This document shows, piece by piece, positions 45,811-55,755 of a DNA stretch of 64,000 nucleotides; position 1 is the stretch's first letter, and each line of letters starts with the position of its first letter. This stretch comes from an uncultured Planctomycetia bacterium. GTDB taxonomy: Bacteria; Omnitrophota; Gorgyraeia; Duberdicusellales; 4484-171. The notes under the pieces were generated by a model that was given only the letters and a program-made list of their open reading frames with translations, was not told where the DNA came from and did not search any database. The translations under genes were made by a program, and so were the position numbers. The stretch spans positions 655 to 64,654 of the forward strand of contig CAYVYZ010000002.1 in NCBI GenBank assembly GCA_964455875.1. The letters are read 5' to 3'.

Positions 45811-46495
45811 TTTTTCTCACCTTAAATTCTCTATCAAGATTAGTAGAAAACAAATATGTCGGAGTGGAATTAAACACTTTCTCATATTGTTTATACCCCA
45901 ACGGCTCTAATATTTTTGTAACATCTTTAAGCATTTTTTCAGTAGAACACTCTATAAATATATCGGGTTTCCATTTTTTTAACGATTTTATAGAGCCTTT
46001 TAATACTTCTAATTCGTATCCTTCTACATCTATCTTTATTAAAGTAATTTTTTCAAAATTGAAATCGTCAAGTTTAACTATTGGAACAATATATTCTCCT
46101 CTTTCATCATCTGTGAAACCACCCCCACTAGACCTCTTATCAAAATGGAACTTTTTTGTGCCACAAGTATTACCAAGAGATACGGAGTGTGGTTCTACAT
46201 TTTTAATATTATTCGCGTGTAAATTCAGTAATTGATGAAAAAACGTTCCAAAATAGGGTTCGAAAGAATGAACTTTATCAGCTACTTTTGAAAACGCTGT
46301 TGTGTGATTACCAATAGAAGAACCAACATCTATAAATATTCCTCCTTTATAATTATCCAGAATGAAGTTAATCATCTCTTCTTCATAATATCTATGGTTT
46401 GCCCACCATGATTGCTGAATATCTTCTGGATAGAATACTAAAAACTTAAAACCATCGACCTCACCATAAGGGATTTCAAATCTTAATTTTCTCAT
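45803..46495 (-). CDS. FkbM-family SAM methyltransferase
   Basis: IFIDVGSSIGNHTT and LIKIDVEGYELEVLKG. Confidence 0.6.
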   Translation of the reverse strand: MRKLRFEIPYGEVDGFKFLVFYPEDIQQSWWANHRYYEEEMINFILDNYKGGIFIDVGSSIGNHTTAFSKVADKVHSFEPYFGTFFHQLLNLHANNIKNVEPHSVSLGNTCGTKKFHFDKRSSGGGFTDDERGEYIVPIVKLDDFNFEKITLIKIDVEGYELEVLKGSIKSLKKWKPDIFIECSTEKMLKDVTKILEPLGYKQYEKVFNSTPTYLFSTNLDREFKVRKND

Positions 46496-46496
46496 T

Positions 46497-47564
46497 TTAA
46501 ACTCCTATATCTTTTTTAACTATATCTAATAAATATTTTTTGTTTTTCTCAATATCATATTTTTCTTCTGCTATAAATCTAGAATTATTTTTTAATAATG
46601 GTAATAATGATTTATTCATAATATTTACCATTTTGTTTTTTAAATCAATAGAATCTACTTCTGCCACTAACACGGAAATATCTGTATACTCTACTAAATT
46701 TGGTGTACAAAGATATCCGTTGATGCCTGTTTGAATAAACTCATTCATTGGTGGCATATCTACTGTAATAACAGGTATACCAAGAGCAAGTGATTCAAGT
46801 ATTGGTAAACCAACTGTTTCCCATTTGCTCGGTACAACAGTGCAATCTGCTTGCCTAAAAATTTCTAGGAACTCTTTTCTTGTAAGATTCTTATTTATCA
46901 ATTCAACGTTTTTTGGTATTTTTTTTAATATGATTGGGCGTTGTGATGTGATTATTAATTTAACATCATCTCTTTTAAGTTTGGTAAACGCCTTGAGAAC
47001 TTTATCAGTGTTTTTTCTATGATGAACACCACCCCACCCACCAGGGTGAAAAAACGTGAATTTTTCGTTTTTAGGTGGTTCATATTTCTGGAATTCGTTT
47101 TTAAAATCCACAGAATGCGGCACATAAGCATGATTTCTTACTTTATGCATTCTAAGAAACCTTTGATGTGTTTTAGTTGGGCAGATTAACCTATCATAGT
47201 CTTTTGTTAATGATTTTTTAAATCGTTCCATAACCAAATAACCATAAACAACACAACCAAGTTCTTTTGCTTCTCGCACAAGGTTTTGACCATCATCACC
47301 CCATTGATTATACTCATTAAAAATAACTAAATCAATTTTATTTTTTTTAATCCATTTTTTAAATACTTCTTTATCTATATGGTATCCTGGAACTTCTTCT
47401 ATATGTACATCAACTACTTTGAAATTTTCGTCAATCTCGTTTTTGCCTTGTTTAAGAATGTAGACATCGTATTCTGGTATGAGCATCTTACTCCATATTA
47501 GTGCCGCGTAAGCAAGTCCTCTACCCCATCCCCAAAATGTTGGCATACCAATTCTTTTCTTCAT
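46497..47564 (-). CDS. glycosyltransferase, GT-B (GT1/GT4-like)
   Basis: ETVGLPILESLALGIPVITVD. Confidence 0.6.
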   Translation of the reverse strand: MKKRIGMPTFWGWGRGLAYAALIWSKMLIPEYDVYILKQGKNEIDENFKVVDVHIEEVPGYHIDKEVFKKWIKKNKIDLVIFNEYNQWGDDGQNLVREAKELGCVVYGYLVMERFKKSLTKDYDRLICPTKTHQRFLRMHKVRNHAYVPHSVDFKNEFQKYEPPKNEKFTFFHPGGWGGVHHRKNTDKVLKAFTKLKRDDVKLIITSQRPIILKKIPKNVELINKNLTRKEFLEIFRQADCTVVPSKWETVGLPILESLALGIPVITVDMPPMNEFIQTGINGYLCTPNLVEYTDISVLVAEVDSIDLKNKMVNIMNKSLLPLLKNNSRFIAEEKYDIEKNKKYLLDIVKKDIGV

Positions 47565-47770
47565 TTTTTACTCTCCTTATAAATCTTATAGAGTTCGTAG
47601 AGCTCATCGATTAGTTTTCTAACATCCCTTAATTCTACCCTATCATTAGTAATCAAGAATTCTACTGGAAAATCAAGCTTGTCTTTAAGGTTGTTAAGTG
47701 CAACACTCAAACCACGTATTTGTTCTGGTGTGCCATCCACTACTGCAACATGAACAATTTTCACACTCAT
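47561..47770 (-). CDS. hypothetical protein
   Basis: 69 aa. Confidence 0.3.
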   Translation of the reverse strand: MSVKIVHVAVVDGTPEQIRGLSVALNNLKDKLDFPVEFLITNDRVELRDVRKLIDELYELYKIYKESKK

Positions 47771-47778
47771 AGTCTCAC

Positions 47779-48066
47779 CTATTCAATATCGGCGAATATT
47801 AAAGGTTTTTCAACTTCTTTTTTTATTTTCTTTCTTTTCTCTTTAACTTTCTCAAAATAACCAATCTCTTTCTTTATCCTATTTAATAATCTGTTTAATT
47901 GATGCTTGGTTGCGCGATAAGGAAGTTTTTTATATAATAATTTTTTGTTCTTATCATCGTCTTCATAATACCAGAAAAGCACAGCCCCCTTATTTAATGT
48001 CACTTTTCTAATATATGAAAGTGTTTCAATCTCTTTTCTTACCCAGTTATACAGAGTCATCTTCAA
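47779..48066 (-). CDS. hypothetical basic protein
   Basis: 95 aa. Confidence 0.3.
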   Translation of the reverse strand: MKMTLYNWVRKEIETLSYIRKVTLNKGAVLFWYYEDDDKNKKLLYKKLPYRATKHQLNRLLNRIKKEIGYFEKVKEKRKKIKKEVEKPLIFADIE

Positions 48067-48847
48067 ATTCGTTATCTAGTTTAAGAGATATTGATGCTGG
48101 GAAGAATCTGTTTTTAATAATATCGAAGTTTTCTCTGATACAATGGCCTCCAATCTTACCCGGTATATACTTTAAAATTGGGCGTATAAATTGTGATTCA
48201 CCGAGTTCTGTGTAACCATCGTTATAAATTTTGTTTGTTTTTGTATATACGCTTTCGAAGTCTAAACCATGTTCTTCACATAATTTATAAACATATTTCA
48301 TAAATAAAATATTCCAACCAAAATAAGATGTGCTTAACAGTTTTGCAGCCTCGCTTTCTTCTGGTTTTTTATAAACTTCTGTTTTTACCCCTAATTCTTT
48401 GAAATGAGCTACAGCTTTATCAACGGATGTTTTATTAGGGCCCGCGACTATCTTCTTAAATGTTCGTATGCTTTCGGTTAAGTTTGGGTGTCTACCCATA
48501 ATAGGCGAATGAACTACATCTGTATCAGTATACCTAAACACATCCATTGTTATACCAATATCTACTGTACTATTAATTATTGTTAGTTCTGGTGTATACT
48601 CCTTTATATAGGATACAATAGTAGATAAGAAGTTTGGTGTATAAGGTATACAAACGTGTAAGACTGTTATGGCAGGTATATCCTTTATTCCTTTAGCGTT
48701 TATTACCGCTCCGAAAGGTTCTTCGATATACCGATCCTCCTTATACGCGGTATCGCGTATATAGACTGTGTACTCGGTATTGTCCTTGTATAAACCCGCA
48801 ACTCCTTTACCGAGTTCTCCGAATCCGAGTATAAGTATGTTTTTCAT
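48047..48847 (-). CDS. nucleotide-sugar dehydrogenase-like protein (UDP-glucose/GDP-mannose dehydrogenase family, short form)
   Basis: An N-terminal Rossmann fold, MKNILILGFGELGKG, then KLLSTSYFGWNI and GGHCI (the catalytic-Cys context). Confidence 0.45.
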   Translation of the reverse strand: MKNILILGFGELGKGVAGLYKDNTEYTVYIRDTAYKEDRYIEEPFGAVINAKGIKDIPAITVLHVCIPYTPNFLSTIVSYIKEYTPELTIINSTVDIGITMDVFRYTDTDVVHSPIMGRHPNLTESIRTFKKIVAGPNKTSVDKAVAHFKELGVKTEVYKKPEESEAAKLLSTSYFGWNILFMKYVYKLCEEHGLDFESVYTKTNKIYNDGYTELGESQFIRPILKYIPGKIGGHCIRENFDIIKNRFFPASISLKLDNEFEDDSV

Positions 48848-49422
48848 TACGTATCACCTATGTTAAGCTTATCCGCTATTTTAGAATCTGCTTCTAATAT
48901 CTCACCGTCTACATCTATAACCGCGGCCTTGAACATTTCTTTCCTAATATCTTTCATCTGGGTATCCATATCGGTGGTTATCTCGTTATAGATAAAATTA
49001 ATATCCACACTTCCTTTTGGTTTCATATCGCCTGTTAACTTAGCGATGAGTTCTATGCCTTGCATTAGACGACCTACTAATTGATTATATGTAGCAAAAT
49101 CTTTTTCATCTTTAGCAGTATTCTTTACTTCTTCTACTTCTTTTAGTATAGCCTTTAAGGCGTTACCATAATCCATTGTAAGTTTCTTTATCTCAGAGGC
49201 TGTTCTTAAATCTCTCTGTATAAGAGCTTGTTGAGCTTGTTTTGTTTTCCTTATGAATTTCCTTATTGATTGAGCGGTAATATTAATTCCTTCTGAATTA
49301 AGACGTCTGGTAAGCGCTTCGACAGAAAATCTTGGTTTTTTCATTTCTTCATAAATCCTGTTCTGAAGTCCTAACTGTATTACTTTCAGCACATTGCCTT
49401 TCAGTTTAGCTTCTTGCTCCAT
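48847..49422 (-). CDS. hypothetical protein with a possible HTH, first gene of the leftward operon
   Basis: SVEALTRRLNSEGINITAQSIRKFIRK. It could be a regulator or a small terminase. Confidence 0.3.
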   Translation of the reverse strand: MEQEAKLKGNVLKVIQLGLQNRIYEEMKKPRFSVEALTRRLNSEGINITAQSIRKFIRKTKQAQQALIQRDLRTASEIKKLTMDYGNALKAILKEVEEVKNTAKDEKDFATYNQLVGRLMQGIELIAKLTGDMKPKGSVDINFIYNEITTDMDTQMKDIRKEMFKAAVIDVDGEILEADSKIADKLNIGDT

Positions 49423-49431
49423 TTTATCCTC

Positions 49432-49845
49432 CTATTTTTTTACTTTACGTTTTTTTCGTTCTTTCACCAAAAGCCCTCTTTCCTGGGCTCTGAAATACCA
49501 GAATTCTCGTCCTGTAAGCAAGTTCAAGAGTTTTTCATCTCTTTCACACGGCTCAATATTGATTTCTCCGAAAACATTAAGTAAATCAATATCTAATGTA
49601 TCTAAGTGTTCTACAAATATTTTAGAATTCATTAATCTTGCAAATTTAACATTATCGAGCATTCCAGGCACATAATAAGCGTATTTTCTACCCCTATAAT
49701 TCCTGTATAACATTCTTCCAAAGAGTGTATGATGAAAAAGCGTTCTTGCTAATTTATCTTTCGGTTTATACTCGATTATATAACCATACATAAACTCACC
49801 ACCCATATAAATAATATTTTCATACACTATAATATAACTTCTCAT
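49432..49845 (-). CDS. hypothetical protein
   Basis: 137 aa. Confidence 0.35.
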   Translation of the reverse strand: MRSYIIVYENIIYMGGEFMYGYIIEYKPKDKLARTLFHHTLFGRMLYRNYRGRKYAYYVPGMLDNVKFARLMNSKIFVEHLDTLDIDLLNVFGEINIEPCERDEKLLNLLTGREFWYFRAQERGLLVKERKKRKVKK

Positions 49846-49949
49846 ATATAAATTTTTCGTTTTAGTGTGTTATGGAGGCATGAGTCGTAAAAATTAAAAT
49901 ATTTTTAAACCAAAAACCGAAAACTTTAAATAGGAGAAGTTTCATATAT
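49846..49949. promoter_or_regulatory. divergent intergenic region marking the strand switch
   Basis: This is the only point where minus-strand and plus-strand gene blocks diverge. It is A/T-rich and has TATA-like runs (ttaaaatattttta). Confidence 0.4.
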
Positions 49950-51431
49950 ATGAATATACTATTTCATATACTAAGATTATTGTGGTCATATGTGAAAAAT
50001 ATGGGTGGGACGAGTAAAATGGATAAAGAATCATTAGTTAAATTAGAAAAAGCTGTGGGGGAAGGAGATATTTCTAAGGAACAGTTAAGTAAGGAGTTAA
50101 CAGAACAAGTAGAGGTTGCTAACGAGATTTTACAAAGGCAAGAAGAAGAACGACTTAAATCATCTATAACTAACCCAAGTGCAATAGCACTTTCAACTAC
50201 CCCAAAAGAAGCAGGAGAAGGACTGAACAGAGTTAGAAAAACAGTAAAACAACTTTTCACCTTATATTTAACAAATCAATTTATTGCCAGAGCTGTAAAT
50301 GTGCGGGCAGACACACTTATTTCCAGAGGATATGAGATTATCGGTGAAGATGCTAAAGGAGTTGAAGTCTGTAAGAAGCTCATAGAAAATAGTGGTGGAA
50401 TAAATTTATTCTGGCAACTCTCGGTAAATGTCGATATTGCAGGAGATGGTTTTTTAGAGAAAATTTATAATCTTAATAAAACAACCATCACACGATTAAA
50501 ACATGTTCACCCATTAACATTGTCATTTAGACGAGATAGGTTTGATAGAATTATTGTTGGTAGTGATAAAGAGCCAATAGGTTATGTTCAGTATTATGTT
50601 GATGAAGAGGGTGTAACCAGAGAAAAGAATGTTCCTAAAGACATAATTTCTCATTTAAAGTTTAACACCCTAGGGGACGAGTTTACCGGAGTAAGTATTT
50701 TACAACCTGTGTATGACACAGCAGTAAGATTAATGAATATGGAATACGCTGCCGCAGAAGCCGCTGTAAAGGCAGCAAATCCTTTACTCATAGCTAAGTG
50801 CAATACTAAATCTCCAATGCAAATAGCGCAGTGGGGGACAATACTTGGTAGGATTAGTGGAAAAGACCAAATATTTATTCCAGAGGGAATGGAAATAACA
50901 ATGTTGGCTCCTGAGCGACAAATATTTAGCGAGTATGCAGATTACTTTTTAAATGCGGTGGTTTCAGCTACAGGAGTGCCAAAAGCAGTATTACTTGGTG
51001 CTAGTGGTAGTGGTGGAAGTAATAGGGCAGAAGGAATTGTTTTAACAAGGCATTTTTACTCTTTGATTAGGAGTAACCAAAAATATATGGAAGGATTTTT
51101 CAATAAAATCTTCGAAGAATGTGCGGAACTTGGAAATTTTAAAGCTCCGAAATTAGTTTTTAATGATGTTGCAGAAGACGCTGGAACACTTGCCGCACAA
51201 TCTGCTGTGAACCTTTATAAAGCAGGTATCATTAATTTATCTGAAGCGCGGGCTATGATTGGTTTAGAGAAAAGCAACATATCTGGTTCAGACTTAAAAT
51301 CAGAGATTAAGAAATCAGATATGGAGACCTGGCACCCAGCAAGTCCTGGAAAACCAGCAGGAAGTCAAGCAGGTATAAAGAAAACACAAAAAATAAGCCC
51401 GATGTCAGAGGTGAGTCCTATTACAAAATGA
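49950..51431 (+). CDS. portal protein
   Basis: A 470-493-aa protein as the first gene of the structural block, two genes upstream of the protease, scaffold and MCP. The start may instead be at MDKES (50019). Confidence 0.55.
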   Translation: MNILFHILRLLWSYVKNMGGTSKMDKESLVKLEKAVGEGDISKEQLSKELTEQVEVANEILQRQEEERLKSSITNPSAIALSTTPKEAGEGLNRVRKTVKQLFTLYLTNQFIARAVNVRADTLISRGYEIIGEDAKGVEVCKKLIENSGGINLFWQLSVNVDIAGDGFLEKIYNLNKTTITRLKHVHPLTLSFRRDRFDRIIVGSDKEPIGYVQYYVDEEGVTREKNVPKDIISHLKFNTLGDEFTGVSILQPVYDTAVRLMNMEYAAAEAAVKAANPLLIAKCNTKSPMQIAQWGTILGRISGKDQIFIPEGMEITMLAPERQIFSEYADYFLNAVVSATGVPKAVLLGASGSGGSNRAEGIVLTRHFYSLIRSNQKYMEGFFNKIFEECAELGNFKAPKLVFNDVAEDAGTLAAQSAVNLYKAGIINLSEARAMIGLEKSNISGSDLKSEIKKSDMETWHPASPGKPAGSQAGIKKTQKISPMSEVSPITK

Positions 51432-51778
51432 GTAAAAAAAACAAGACCGAACAACTTATTAAAAAACTGGATAAGATGCTCACAGTTGGCGGTGCCGGAC
51501 CGTCTGTCTCACCTGACTCGTCCGGTAGTGGAAGGCTTCCACTATCGGACATTTTAATTACAAAAGATATTGATTTAAGTTCCTTGGACGAAAACCAACT
51601 TTATTTCGTTCATGTGATGCTTCATAAGTTTTATGCCACTGGGCGAAACAAACACTTATCCAAAGAAGATATTAAGTCTTTACATAACGAGATACGAAAA
51701 AAAATTAAACATGAAAACTTTGATACATTAGATATGGAAAATGGACACCACACAGGAAGTGATAGAAAGAGTGAATAA
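51428..51778 (+). CDS. hypothetical protein
   Basis: 116 aa. Confidence 0.35.
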   Translation: MSKKNKTEQLIKKLDKMLTVGGAGPSVSPDSSGSGRLPLSDILITKDIDLSSLDENQLYFVHVMLHKFYATGRNKHLSKEDIKSLHNEIRKKIKHENFDTLDMENGHHTGSDRKSE

Positions 51779-52343
51779 GTATTTAGCGCTGATTAGATAC
51801 AAATATTTAGGTCTAGAACGATTAAGAAGGGAAAATATGCTTAACGACTATTATGAGTCGCTTAACTCTTCGGCTTCAGAGGAAGTGTTTGTTAGTAGAC
51901 TAGAGGTAGCAGAACAATTATCAGAGAAATTGGTGTTACCACTAAAAGTTCGTGGGATTTTTTTAACAGAGGGCAAACCAAAAGCTAGGTATTACAAAGC
52001 AGAGGACCTTGAATTATCCACTAAAAATCCTCTTAATGCGAGTTTTCCTATAATGTTAGACCACGAAGATGATAAAGCTGGAAAAATAATTGGTAAAGTT
52101 GATAGAATTAAATATGACCCAAAAATTAAAGGTATTAGGTGGTGGGGACATATTAATGACCAAACATTTGCTTTAAATATTATAGATGGTGTGATAACTC
52201 AGGTTAGCGCAACCATTTACTCTGTACCACATTATGATAAAAAACTTGGTTTTACAACCTGGAAAGATTTAATTTTTAAAGAACTTTCACTTGTTATAAA
52301 TGGTTCCGAACCATTAAATATCATAGAAGTAGATAAGGGATAA
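51741..52343 (+). CDS. prohead protease, HK97-family (S78)-like
   Basis: FPIMLDHEDDKAGKIIGKVDRIKYDPKIKGIRWWGHIND...QVSATIYSV...KELSLVINGSEP. Confidence 0.5.
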   Translation: MDTTQEVIERVNKYLALIRYKYLGLERLRRENMLNDYYESLNSSASEEVFVSRLEVAEQLSEKLVLPLKVRGIFLTEGKPKARYYKAEDLELSTKNPLNASFPIMLDHEDDKAGKIIGKVDRIKYDPKIKGIRWWGHINDQTFALNIIDGVITQVSATIYSVPHYDKKLGFTTWKDLIFKELSLVINGSEPLNIIEVDKG

Positions 52344-52344
52344 A

Positions 52345-52587
52345 ATGCCATATAGCTCGGTTAAAGATGTACCAGAATATGTGAAGAAGTATAGTCCTGT
52401 TATTCAAAGGCAATGGATGCATGTATTCAATTCAGTTTATAAAAGAACTAGTAGTGAAAGACGAGCTTTTATGGCCGCCAATAGTGTATTAAAAAAGAGG
52501 TTTAAGCGTGCACGAAAACACAACGAATCTCATTCAGATTATTTCAATTATTTAATTGATTCGTATCTTGGAAACCTGGAAGGGTAA
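52345..52587 (+). CDS. hypothetical protein
   Basis: 80 aa. Confidence 0.35.
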   Translation: MPYSSVKDVPEYVKKYSPVIQRQWMHVFNSVYKRTSSERRAFMAANSVLKKRFKRARKHNESHSDYFNYLIDSYLGNLEG

Positions 52588-52604
52588 TAAAGAGGTAATA
52601 GAAA

Positions 52605-53750
52605 ATGAGCAACGATAATAATAAAATAGAAGAATTAAAAGAGAAGAAGTGGATTAATAAGGCTGATGTTGAAAAAGGCAAGTTTGAAAAGTGGTGTAAA
52701 GCTCATGGCTTTAAAGGAGTTAATCAAGCATGTGTTAATTTGGCCGCTAAGACTGGTGGACATGCCGCTAAAATGGCTTTGTTTGCTTGTAACATGCCTA
52801 ACAGCCCCTATACTTATCCTAAGAAGACAAAATATTCTAAGGAGGAAAACATAATGGCAAAAGAAAAGGAAGAACAATTATATAGGGATGTTAATCCTAA
52901 AAAACAACTTGCTTTAGCTAAAGAAAGAGAAGAAAAAGAGAAAGAAGTTAAAGAGGAGTCTGTTGAGGAAGCTAAGGAAGAAGTTGTTGAAGAAGTTTCT
53001 AATGCTGTTGTTGAAGAAAACCCCGAGGAAGAAGTTAAAGAGGAAGTTAAGGAAGAGGAAGAAAACGAAGAGCCAGAAGAGGAAAAAGATGGAGAACCAA
53101 AAGAGGAAAAAAAAGAAAAAGAAGAAGCAGAAGAAGAGCCTATCAATGAGTCTTCAGAGGAGAGGCCTGATGAAACTCTTTCAAAAGAAATAAAAGAAAC
53201 CAAAGAAGAGTTAGCAGTGATAAAAGAAGTTCGTGATGAACTTGTCAACCTATATTCAAAATATGGGAAACTAGAAAAACAAAAAGAAGCTCTTTTAAAG
53301 AAGATAGAGAAGCTGGAAAAAGAAAAATTAGAATTAAACGAGCAACTCAATATTTATAAAGAAAGAGAAGAAAAACTTAATGCTCAAAGACGTTTAGAAA
53401 GGTTGGAAAGGCTTTCTGCTAAGTTTAAATTACTCGGTCAAGAGAAGTCCGTAGAACAGCTAGCAGAGAAGGATGAAAAAACCATAGAGGAGTTTGAAGC
53501 TATTGTTGATTCAGCACTTGAAAAGGCTGGAGAAACTAAAGAGATGCCAGAAGTTACTACGCCTTCACAAGCTACGGGAGCAAAAGAAGAAGCAACCGAG
53601 GAAAGTAAGGAAGAACCAAAAGAAGAGAAGAGAGAAGAAGTTGCACAACCACCTGAACAGATGACTAATGAAGCGTTCTTTACAAACATATTAAAGAAGC
53701 TTACTAAAGAACAAATGAAAAGCAATAGGGGGAGAACCCTAATATTGTAA
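52605..53750 (+). CDS. scaffolding protein
   Basis: Extremely rich in E/K with coiled coils, and lying immediately upstream of the MCP. Confidence 0.55.
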   Translation: MSNDNNKIEELKEKKWINKADVEKGKFEKWCKAHGFKGVNQACVNLAAKTGGHAAKMALFACNMPNSPYTYPKKTKYSKEENIMAKEKEEQLYRDVNPKKQLALAKEREEKEKEVKEESVEEAKEEVVEEVSNAVVEENPEEEVKEEVKEEEENEEPEEEKDGEPKEEKKEKEEAEEEPINESSEERPDETLSKEIKETKEELAVIKEVRDELVNLYSKYGKLEKQKEALLKKIEKLEKEKLELNEQLNIYKEREEKLNAQRRLERLERLSAKFKLLGQEKSVEQLAEKDEKTIEEFEAIVDSALEKAGETKEMPEVTTPSQATGAKEEATEESKEEPKEEKREEVAQPPEQMTNEAFFTNILKKLTKEQMKSNRGRTLIL

Positions 53751-53783
53751 AAATCGAAAAATAATCATAACGAGGTTTAAAAA

Positions 53784-54779
53784 ATGGAAACAATGAAAAC
53801 ACCAGAACAATTAGCTACAGGAGTCACTATGATTGGAAGCTCTGGATGGGGCGGTCAAACTGGCGGAATAGGCAGTATAATGGGCAGCACATGGAGTGAG
53901 AGAATCATATTTGACGCACAACCTGATAGGGTATTATCCAAATACTTTATTGAATTCAACGACCTCATAGGTAACAACGATGTTACAATTGTTATCCCAA
54001 AGATTGGCGATGTTAATCTTATGGGTGGAAGGACTGGTTCTGAAGAAGGAATTGCTAGAGTTATGACCAAGTTCGATACTGCTGACAACATAACTGTTAG
54101 CTTAACATCAGCAGATGTAAAGCTAGGCGGATGCTCAGTTTCATTCGAAACTGCTTCTGCAACCAGAGTTAGCATAATCGAAATGGCTCACAAACAACTA
54201 GTAAGACAATATCTAAACACACTAGAAACAGATGCTAATGCAACTCTAGAAGGAGCAACAATAGGAGCCAGTAATGCAGGTTCAGTGTTTGGCGGAACTA
54301 CAGTGGCTAACAACTCAGCTATTACTAGTAATTTATCAGCAGGTGATGTTATTGATGTTGATAAAATAGTTGAGATGAAGATAATGCTACAAGAAAAAGA
54401 TTTCGCTAAGAAACCTGGAGAAGCCGTCCTAATATTACACCCAACCCAATTTAAGCAACTGTTGAAGAGTTCACAGTTTACAAACGCCGCTGAATTTGGA
54501 GGACCGACAGTTGTAAGAAAGGGGACAGTTGAAGAGTATATTGGAGTAATTATAGAAATATCAACCCTATGTACTTCTGCAACCCAAGGAGTGGCAGTAC
54601 ATTACTGTTATATGATTGACCCATCAGCAGCCGCTGGTATAGTGTGGAAAGAAAAAGCTAGAGTTAAAGTTGTTACAGAAGACGATGAAAGAAAACATAA
54701 GGTGCTCTTGGATGCTTGGTATAAAATGACCAGGATTAATGAGCAGGCTATTGTTATTGGCGTCTTCGCAGATAACTAA
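53784..54779 (+). CDS. major capsid protein (HK97-fold)
   Basis: 331 aa, lying after the protease and scaffold. It is rich in G/T/A/S, and a strong terminator follows it. Confidence 0.6.
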   Translation: METMKTPEQLATGVTMIGSSGWGGQTGGIGSIMGSTWSERIIFDAQPDRVLSKYFIEFNDLIGNNDVTIVIPKIGDVNLMGGRTGSEEGIARVMTKFDTADNITVSLTSADVKLGGCSVSFETASATRVSIIEMAHKQLVRQYLNTLETDANATLEGATIGASNAGSVFGGTTVANNSAITSNLSAGDVIDVDKIVEMKIMLQEKDFAKKPGEAVLILHPTQFKQLLKSSQFTNAAEFGGPTVVRKGTVEEYIGVIIEISTLCTSATQGVAVHYCYMIDPSAAAGIVWKEKARVKVVTEDDERKHKVLLDAWYKMTRINEQAIVIGVFADN

Positions 54780-54817
54780 ATTTAGTTGAGCAACGATAGA
54801 GATTTTAAAAACCTTTT

Positions 54818-54850
54818 AACAGGGTTAACACCCTGTTACTAGTTTTTTAT
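54818..54850 (+). terminator. intrinsic terminator after the MCP gene
   Basis: A 7-bp stem (aacaggg-ttaaca-ccctgtt) followed by actagTTTTTTat. Downstream lies the Shine-Dalgarno AAGGAGG and the ATG at 54877. Confidence 0.6.
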
Positions 54851-54876
54851 ACTAACGTTAAAAGGAGGAAGTTAAA

Positions 54877-55488
54877 ATGACAAAAATAGGAAGCAGAGAT
54901 GGTCACTATACAGTAAAAAAACTCACGGTTGATGACAAGGTACCAGTTAGTTATACGATTGCTCATTGTGCAGAAACTTCAACCACTGCTATACTTGCTG
55001 GTTGGGATGTAAGTGCAGGTACAGCCGCAAAGACTAATATAGACTTTTCAGCACAACCACCCTATCCGATGGTTCTTAGTGTTAACGCAGTAGCTGCCGG
55101 AACAGCAGATGATAGCGATACATTGTTATTCAAAGGATATGACGCAACAGGAAAGTACATTGAAGAAAACGTGGTGGTTTCTAGCACAGCAGGAACAAGC
55201 ACGGCAGCTCATACCTATACTAACAACGCTTTTTCATATTTGATAAGTGTTGAACCAGACGACGCACTACATAAATCAACCGATGTTAATATTGGTTGGA
55301 GAGCATATGATTTTGGACTGCCATATCCAATAGCAACAAGCGATGATGTGATAGCTTATACTACTGGTAGCACACACGCAACAACAGCCCCATATACAGT
55401 TAATGTGGCTTATAACAGAATATCCGATAGCAATTTAGGAGCAGGAAGTTCTGTTAGAGTGCTATACTTGTCTAGATTCCAAGAATAA
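54877..55488 (+). CDS. virion structural protein of unknown role (a decoration or fibre candidate)
   Basis: 203 aa, rich in T/S/A/G, with a strong SD, lying just after the MCP terminator. Confidence 0.4.
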   Translation: MTKIGSRDGHYTVKKLTVDDKVPVSYTIAHCAETSTTAILAGWDVSAGTAAKTNIDFSAQPPYPMVLSVNAVAAGTADDSDTLLFKGYDATGKYIEENVVVSSTAGTSTAAHTYTNNAFSYLISVEPDDALHKSTDVNIGWRAYDFGLPYPIATSDDVIAYTTGSTHATTAPYTVNVAYNRISDSNLGAGSSVRVLYLSRFQE

Positions 55489-55501
55489 GGGGGGTGTAAA
55501 A

Positions 55502-55687
55502 GTGGCTGATTATCCAAGTAAAAAACTAGTAGAACAACACATCCCAAAAACTAGGGGACATGTTGGCGTGGTCATCGATAGTAATATTGAAGGACGTGGT
55601 CCTGAAGCTAAGACCGTTCGAGCAGAAGGAAGAGGAAATAAGAAAGGAGCTGGTCATATTGGAGCTAGCAATGTGAATCACGCATAA
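55502..55687 (+). CDS. hypothetical small basic protein
   Basis: 61 aa; a T-rich tract follows at 55686-55720. Confidence 0.3.
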   Translation: MADYPSKKLVEQHIPKTRGHVGVVIDSNIEGRGPEAKTVRAEGRGNKKGAGHIGASNVNHA

Positions 55688-55755
55688 TTTTTTTATTTCC
55701 TTTTTATTTTTTTTTAATGATAGAAATAGTTAGATTAAAAAATGGGTGAGACAAA

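Noticed and set aside
52814-53350. A minus-strand 178-aa Ser-rich ORF, and also 53438..53725
   Set aside because: It is the antisense translation of the GAA/AAG-rich scaffold gene. All genes in this block are plus-strand.
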